Positions 58,902 through 64,000 of a stretch of 64,000 nucleotides of DNA are shown one piece after another. Source of the stretch: Longimicrobiales bacterium (GTDB lineage: Bacteria > Gemmatimonadota > Gemmatimonadetes > Longimicrobiales > Gaopeijiaceae); NCBI GenBank assembly GCA_965238005.1, contig OZ250165.1, positions 3,840,001-3,904,000 on the forward strand, given 5' to 3'. The notes below the pieces were generated by a model. That model made no database searches, was not told where the DNA came from, and saw only the letters and a program-made list of their open reading frames with translations. How positions within the stretch are numbered: the stretch's first letter is position 1; each line of letters starts with the position of its first letter. The position numbers were made by a program, and so were the translations under genes.

Positions 58902-60563
58902 CTACCATAGCTTCTCGATCTCGTCCTCCAGACCGGTCATCTCCCAACGAATGAGCGAAACGGGGATCATCCCGGCGGCGTGGAACTCGTCGATGAAGCG
59001 CCCGAGGCTGAACTCGTCACCGAGCTGCTGGGCCCGATCCGCCAGCAACTTGTCGATGGACACCTTCCCGATGACATAGCTGGTCCCGTATGTGGGCTGC
59101 TCCAGGTAGAGCTGCTGCTCACCCCACACCGTGTTGCTCTCCGGGGGCATCCAGCCCCGCGGAGTCCACTTGGCCGCGAAGTCGACAGCGTCCTGGATGG
59201 TGTACTCGTTGCTGTGCATCCTGAGTCCGGCCAGCGCCCGGGCGGCTCGCTGGGCCAGCAGGATGTAGACCAGCTCCTGCGCCCTGGGGAGGTCGTCCAG
59301 GTATCCCGCCCCCATGACCAGCTCCTCCATCCCGGTGGCGAAGCCTTCGGCCCGGGGGGACCAGATGTTGTAGAGGAGCGGGACCCTCCGAATGGGGCTC
59401 GCATGCGGCTCGGCATCCATTCGGGCCAGGTCGAACCAGTGGGTGCCATGGGCCCGCATGGGCAGGAAGTTCCGGTAGCTCACGTTGTTGAAGAACCCGA
59501 CGTCGCCCGTGGGGGGCGAGAATCGCCCCTCCCGAGCCATGAGCGCGGGCGCCGCATAGTCGGGGACGGTGAAGAAGTCCTCCCGATCGAGGAAGTCGAT
59601 GAACGCGCGCACGGCCGCACGGTACTGCCTCTGGTACTCCGCCTCCGCGTCCACCATCTCGAGCTCGGGCAGGTCGCGGTTCTTGTTTTCCAGAAGCTTC
59701 AGGTAGGCCCACGACCGTCCCAGCTCCCGCTCGACTATGGCAACCTGGTCGGCCCACGTGTAGGGCAGGAGCTGAACGTTCTTGAGGTACCAGTCGTATT
59801 CCTCCACCCCCACGCCCGAGAGGGCCGTCATCGATTGGTGCCGCTCTTCGATCCACGCCGTGAAGTCGTCCACCGCGGCCTGGGCTCGCTCCGTGTCGGC
59901 CGAGAGCTCCGGGTTGTCTGCGGCCACCCGCTCCGCCAGGCCTCCCAGCGTCCGGCTCACCCCCTGCATCACTCGGATGCTGAGGAACCAGAGGTCGGCG
60001 GCGTCCACCACGAGGTTGCCCTTGGCCTGCTCGAGGACGGCCGGAATGGCGCGGACACGGTCGTGAAGCTCGGCCGCGCTGGGCTCGGAGAGGGGGAATT
60101 GGTAGGTCCAGAGCTCTATGACGCCGTGCATGACCTCGCCCTCGCGGGCGGGCACATCAGTCTGCGATCCGTGGATGAGCATGTAGAAGGCGGGGTTCCG
60201 AGCCCACGGCCGGAGAACCCGATGGTCGAACTCGAGCCCGTTCATCTCGGCACGGACGATGTGGTAGTCCACCTGCTGGGAGACGGGCCACCCCTCTGGA
60301 TCGATGGCGGCTAAGCGGGTCTGATGGCGGGCCAGCTCCTGCTCCTGGCGGGCCATGGCCGCTGCGGCGTAGTCGGGCACCCCGTCGGTAAGGGTGGGCT
60401 TCTGGACGTCGCGCCAGTCGTCGTGGAGCGTGAGAAGGTACTCGTACCGGGTGCTCTCGGCCGCGTCTTCTCCTCCGGTGCCCGGCGCCCCCTGGCAGGA
60501 TGAAAAGAAGAGCAGGGATGCGAGTACGACGGCGGGGCGGCCCCTCACAGTGCGCGGTTGCAT
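58902..60563 (-). CDS. DUF885 family lipoprotein
   Basis: Lipobox FSSC; AHGTH, AEGFA..E, QPTYGTSYVIGK. Confidence 0.75.
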   Translation of the reverse strand: MQPRTVRGRPAVVLASLLFFSSCQGAPGTGGEDAAESTRYEYLLTLHDDWRDVQKPTLTDGVPDYAAAAMARQEQELARHQTRLAAIDPEGWPVSQQVDYHIVRAEMNGLEFDHRVLRPWARNPAFYMLIHGSQTDVPAREGEVMHGVIELWTYQFPLSEPSAAELHDRVRAIPAVLEQAKGNLVVDAADLWFLSIRVMQGVSRTLGGLAERVAADNPELSADTERAQAAVDDFTAWIEERHQSMTALSGVGVEEYDWYLKNVQLLPYTWADQVAIVERELGRSWAYLKLLENKNRDLPELEMVDAEAEYQRQYRAAVRAFIDFLDREDFFTVPDYAAPALMAREGRFSPPTGDVGFFNNVSYRNFLPMRAHGTHWFDLARMDAEPHASPIRRVPLLYNIWSPRAEGFATGMEELVMGAGYLDDLPRAQELVYILLAQRAARALAGLRMHSNEYTIQDAVDFAAKWTPRGWMPPESNTVWGEQQLYLEQPTYGTSYVIGKVSIDKLLADRAQQLGDEFSLGRFIDEFHAAGMIPVSLIRWEMTGLEDEIEKLW

Positions 60564-60643
60564 GCCGAACCTCCTAACACAGACGCCTTAGTGTCCCGTT
60601 GCCAAAGTGTCTCGGCCAGTCGAGGGCACATCAGGCGGTCTCT

Positions 60644-61588
60644 TCAGCCTTCACGGCGGGGCGCCGGCGGGAGCGCATCCACGAACTCTTCCATGCGGCG
60701 GCGCATGGTCGCATCGGGCAGTCTTCCGGTGGCCGCTCCGATGTTGTCCACGGCGTGGTGCGCCTTGGTGGTGCCCGGGATCACCGCCGTCACCGAGGGG
60801 TGCGAGACGACGTACTTGAGGAAGAACTGGCCCCAGCTCACGCAGTCGATCTCCGACGCCCAGTCGGGTAGCTCCCGATCGCCGACCCGTGAGAACAAGC
60901 GCCCCCGGCCGAACGGAAGGTTGACGAGCACCCCCATGCCGCGGTCGGCGGCCAGAGGAAGAATGCGGTCCGCGGCGGCCCGTGCGTCGGCGGCATAGTT
61001 GATCTGGATGAAGTCGAGCTCCGCCCGGCGCATGATCTCCTCCATCTCCCCGTACTGCCGGGTGCTCGACGTGGTGACACCCAAGTACTTGATGCGCCCC
61101 TCCTGCTTCCACTCCCGGAGCGTGGGCAGCTGTGCCTCCCAGCCCCGCAGGTTGTGGACCTGCATGAACTCGAAGTGATCGGTGTGCATGCGCTCCATGG
61201 AGCTCTCCATCCGAGCGATGCCCGATTCACGATCTTCCCGGTCCACCTTGGTCGCCAACCACAGGTTCTCGCGGATGCCTAGATCGGCCAGCAGGTCGCC
61301 GACGATGGTCTCGGAGGCGCCGTAGTTGGGCGACGTATCCAGAACTCGGCCGCCGAGCTCGTGAAACGTCTGAAGCGTCTTGCGGAACTCGGCGGTGTCC
61401 TGCGCCCAGCCTTCACCTAGCCGGTAGTTGCGCGCCCCGAGTCCGACGACAGGGACGCGTTCGCCCGAGGACGGTATCGGCTTCGTGATGAGCTCGGATG
61501 TCTGGGCCGGAAGAGGCCGGCAGCCGAGGAACAATGAAGCTCCTGCACCCGCTCCGATCTTGATCGCTTCACGACGCGTGAACTTCAT
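60644..61588 (-). CDS. Aldo/keto reductase with a Tat-like signal
   Basis: FTRREAIK; DTSPNYG, ATK, QVHN, VIPGT. Confidence 0.9.
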   Translation of the reverse strand: MKFTRREAIKIGAGAGASLFLGCRPLPAQTSELITKPIPSSGERVPVVGLGARNYRLGEGWAQDTAEFRKTLQTFHELGGRVLDTSPNYGASETIVGDLLADLGIRENLWLATKVDREDRESGIARMESSMERMHTDHFEFMQVHNLRGWEAQLPTLREWKQEGRIKYLGVTTSSTRQYGEMEEIMRRAELDFIQINYAADARAAADRILPLAADRGMGVLVNLPFGRGRLFSRVGDRELPDWASEIDCVSWGQFFLKYVVSHPSVTAVIPGTTKAHHAVDNIGAATGRLPDATMRRRMEEFVDALPPAPRREG

Positions 61589-61681
61589 TCTGAGGCGGCC
61601 TCCCAGTTGCAGCCTGGATTCCGGGAGGATATCGTCGGCGGTCCGTCTCCGCCACCGACTCACTGATCCCTCGGAGCGCTC

Positions 61682-62617
61682 TTGGACCTCGTCCTCCTCG
61701 TCCTCGCACTTCTGGCCCTCTGGCAGGGGACCGATTTCGCTATCGAAGGCGCCCTCCGGCTCAGCGAGCGCTTCGGCGTCTCACAGGGATTCATCGGGCT
61801 GACCGTTTTGGCCATCGGGACCGGGCTGCCCGAGCTCGTCGTGGGTGTCGTGGGCGGCATGGAGCAGCTGGGCGGGATCGAGGCGTCGGGGGTCGTCGTC
61901 GGCAACGTTACCGGCAGTGTAGTTGCGCAGGGCGCCCTGGTGCTCGGGTTGTCGGGTCTCTTCACCTACCTGCGCCTCGCTCCCCGCATGATCCGCCGGG
62001 ACGGGATCATCCTGCTGCTTGCCATAGGCCTCTTTACGCTGGTGAGCATCGACGGACGCATCGGTCGCGCTCAGGGGGCGGTCCTCATCCTCGGGTATGC
62101 CATCTATCTGGTCGCCCTCGTCCAGTCCGAGCGAAACGGGGAGTACACCCCGAAGCCATCGCAGCGGCGGGCCATCGTCGACTTCGCCACCGTGGCCCTC
62201 GGCATGGCGACCGTCGTCGTCGCGGCGCACGTGGTGGTCACCCGGGCCGTCTCCATCGCCGAGGCCTGGAACGTCAGCCAGACCGTGATCGGCATCTTCC
62301 TCGTGGGGGCCGGCACCAGCCTGCCCGAGATGGCCGTCTCCGTCCGCGCCGCTTTGAAGGGGCAGGCCAGCATCTCGGTAGGAAACGTGATCGGGAGCAA
62401 CACCTTCGATCTGATGGTCCCGTTGGGCGCGAGCTCCGTGCTCTTTCCGCTTGCCGTCAACCGGGACTCGCTGGTAATCGACGTACCCGTCATGGCGCTG
62501 GTCACCGTGGCGATGCTGATCTTCTTCATCCGGAAGAAGGGTCTCCAAAGGGGCGAGGCGGCGTCACTCGTCCTCATGTACGTGGGCTACCTTGTCCTCC
62601 GGGTCTTCATCGTCTGA
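61682..62617 (+). CDS. Ca2+/Na+ antiporter (YrbG-like)
   Basis: Two alpha repeats: GTGLPEL..GNVTGS and GTSLPEM..GNVIGSN. Confidence 0.9.
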   Translation: MDLVLLVLALLALWQGTDFAIEGALRLSERFGVSQGFIGLTVLAIGTGLPELVVGVVGGMEQLGGIEASGVVVGNVTGSVVAQGALVLGLSGLFTYLRLAPRMIRRDGIILLLAIGLFTLVSIDGRIGRAQGAVLILGYAIYLVALVQSERNGEYTPKPSQRRAIVDFATVALGMATVVVAAHVVVTRAVSIAEAWNVSQTVIGIFLVGAGTSLPEMAVSVRAALKGQASISVGNVIGSNTFDLMVPLGASSVLFPLAVNRDSLVIDVPVMALVTVAMLIFFIRKKGLQRGEAASLVLMYVGYLVLRVFIV

Positions 62618-62747
62618 CCTCGGGGGGGGATCGAAGGTAGGGCGTTGACGTGCTGGCACGGCTGCGGCATGGCGGTCCTCCTTTCCTTGCGTGAGGCCGG
62701 TGGCGCGTGCTCCGCGGCCAGTCGAGGGACGGGCTTTCGAGTTCGTC

Positions 62748-64000
62748 CTAGAACACCGGCTGATCCCGTTTCTTCAGGATGAACAGACCCTCCTGCACAC
62801 TCGTGACGATGACCGTGCCGCTCTCGAAGAACGGGTAGTTGCTCCAAGCGCCGCTGAAGCCCGGGCCCGTCTGATACGGCGACGTGTCGAAGGAGCCGAC
62901 CTCACGGGGGTTCTCGGGATCGGAGATGTCCAGAATGTGGAGCCCGTACCGGTAGTTCGCCTGATAGACGTGGCCGTCCTTCACGTACAAGTTGTGTGCG
63001 CTGGCGGTCATGGAGCCCATGAACTGCTTGGTCAGCACCGGGTCTTCCACGTCGCTCAGGTCCCAGATGAGGGTGCGGGTGGTCGGCACATTGCCTCGGA
63101 TCACATCGCTCTCGTCGTCCACGAAGAAGTAGCGGTGGTCCTCAGTCAGCCACCCCTGATGGATGTAGGCCGCGTTGGGGGACGTGGAGCGCGCCACCGC
63201 CACCGGATTGTCCTTGTCCGTGACGTCGGCGATGGCGAAGAAGCTCCCGTTCAGGTTCAGGCAGAGCTCCCGGCCCTGGTAGGCGGCGTCGGGCCCCTGG
63301 TAGATGACGCACTGGGAGTCGTGCGTGCCGCGCTCCTCCACGAAGCAGCCTGCGAACTCGGGATTACGGGGGTCCTGGATGTTGATCATGTGCAGCCCGC
63401 CACCGCACGTCTCGCCGCCGTCCCGGTTCCCCACGGTATAGGCGAAACCAGTCTCCTCGTTGATGATGATGTTGTGGGAGCTGTTGATGAGCGTGTAGTG
63501 CACGTCCGGCTCGAAGAGCTCCGGTGGGTCGGCCACGCTGCGCAGCCGGGTCAGGTCGAAGACCTGCATGCCGTGGGCGCCGGCGCCGTCGGCCACGATG
63601 AAGGCGTGGTCCTTGTAGGTCTTGATGTCGCGCCAAAGCTGTGAGGGTGGCGTGTCGTCGGGCTTTGGCAGGTCGCCGATGAGCACGGGGTTCACAGGGT
63701 CCGTGATGTCGATGAAGGAGGTGCCGTCGTTCCGGCCCACCAGGGCGTACTCGCGGCCGGTATCGGGGTCCGTCCAGCCCCAGTTGTCGTTGGTCCGCAC
63801 GCCGCGCGCGTTGGCCCCCGCCCGCAGGATCGAGTTCGGCACGAAGGCCAGGAGCTCCACGTCGTTGCAGTCGAATGGACCGACGGTGCCGTCGGTGCAC
63901 CTGCGCTCCTCGCCCACCAGCGATCTCAGGGCGTCGGGCGCGCTCACCAGCATGTCGCCGCCCTGCCAGTCGCCGGCCGCGTCACGCTCGTAGACGTAGA
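62748..64000 (-). CDS. Choice-of-anchor B family protein, C-terminal part; start lies outside the window
   Basis: NDNWGWTD, WRDIK, HDSQCVIY, YIHQGW, HNLY, GAWSNYPFF. Confidence 0.85.
   Translation of the reverse strand, partial: YVYERDAAGDWQGGDMLVSAPDALRSLVGEERRCTDGTVGPFDCNDVELLAFVPNSILRAGANARGVRTNDNWGWTDPDTGREYALVGRNDGTSFIDITDPVNPVLIGDLPKPDDTPPSQLWRDIKTYKDHAFIVADGAGAHGMQVFDLTRLRSVADPPELFEPDVHYTLINSSHNIIINEETGFAYTVGNRDGGETCGGGLHMINIQDPRNPEFAGCFVEERGTHDSQCVIYQGPDAAYQGRELCLNLNGSFFAIADVTDKDNPVAVARSTSPNAAYIHQGWLTEDHRYFFVDDESDVIRGNVPTTRTLIWDLSDVEDPVLTKQFMGSMTASAHNLYVKDGHVYQANYRYGLHILDISDPENPREVGSFDTSPYQTGPGFSGAWSNYPFFESGTVIVTSVQEGLFILKKRDQPVF

Overview
GC-rich bacterial chromosome segment. The gene style (ADOP-type permease remnants, DUF885, choice-of-anchor B, many lipoprotein peptidases) suggests Gemmatimonadota, but this is inference only. 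It holds about 45 intact CDS, rnpB directly followed by tRNA-Arg(CCG), three insertion sequences with visible terminal inverted repeats (IS630, IS1182, IS5/IS903-like), a group II intron fragment, several orphan IS-like ends, and many deletion-truncated gene remnants. Three items stand out. (1) A cysteine-rich leader peptide plus terminator (a candidate Cys-sensing attenuator, missing from the ORF track) lies upstream of cysG, a sulfite/nitrite reductase, a hypothetical gene and a DUF4202 gene. (2) A leaderless MerR-type gene is translationally coupled to an alpha-2-macroglobulin-like thioester protein with no signal peptide, beside the tRNA and an IS. (3) A tightly packed operon joins a kinase-like/Omp85 fusion, polyphosphate kinase 1 and a cyclase-less Pycsar-effector-like membrane protein, opposite a secreted histidine phosphatase. 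All family calls come from motif recognition by eye; no database search was run.
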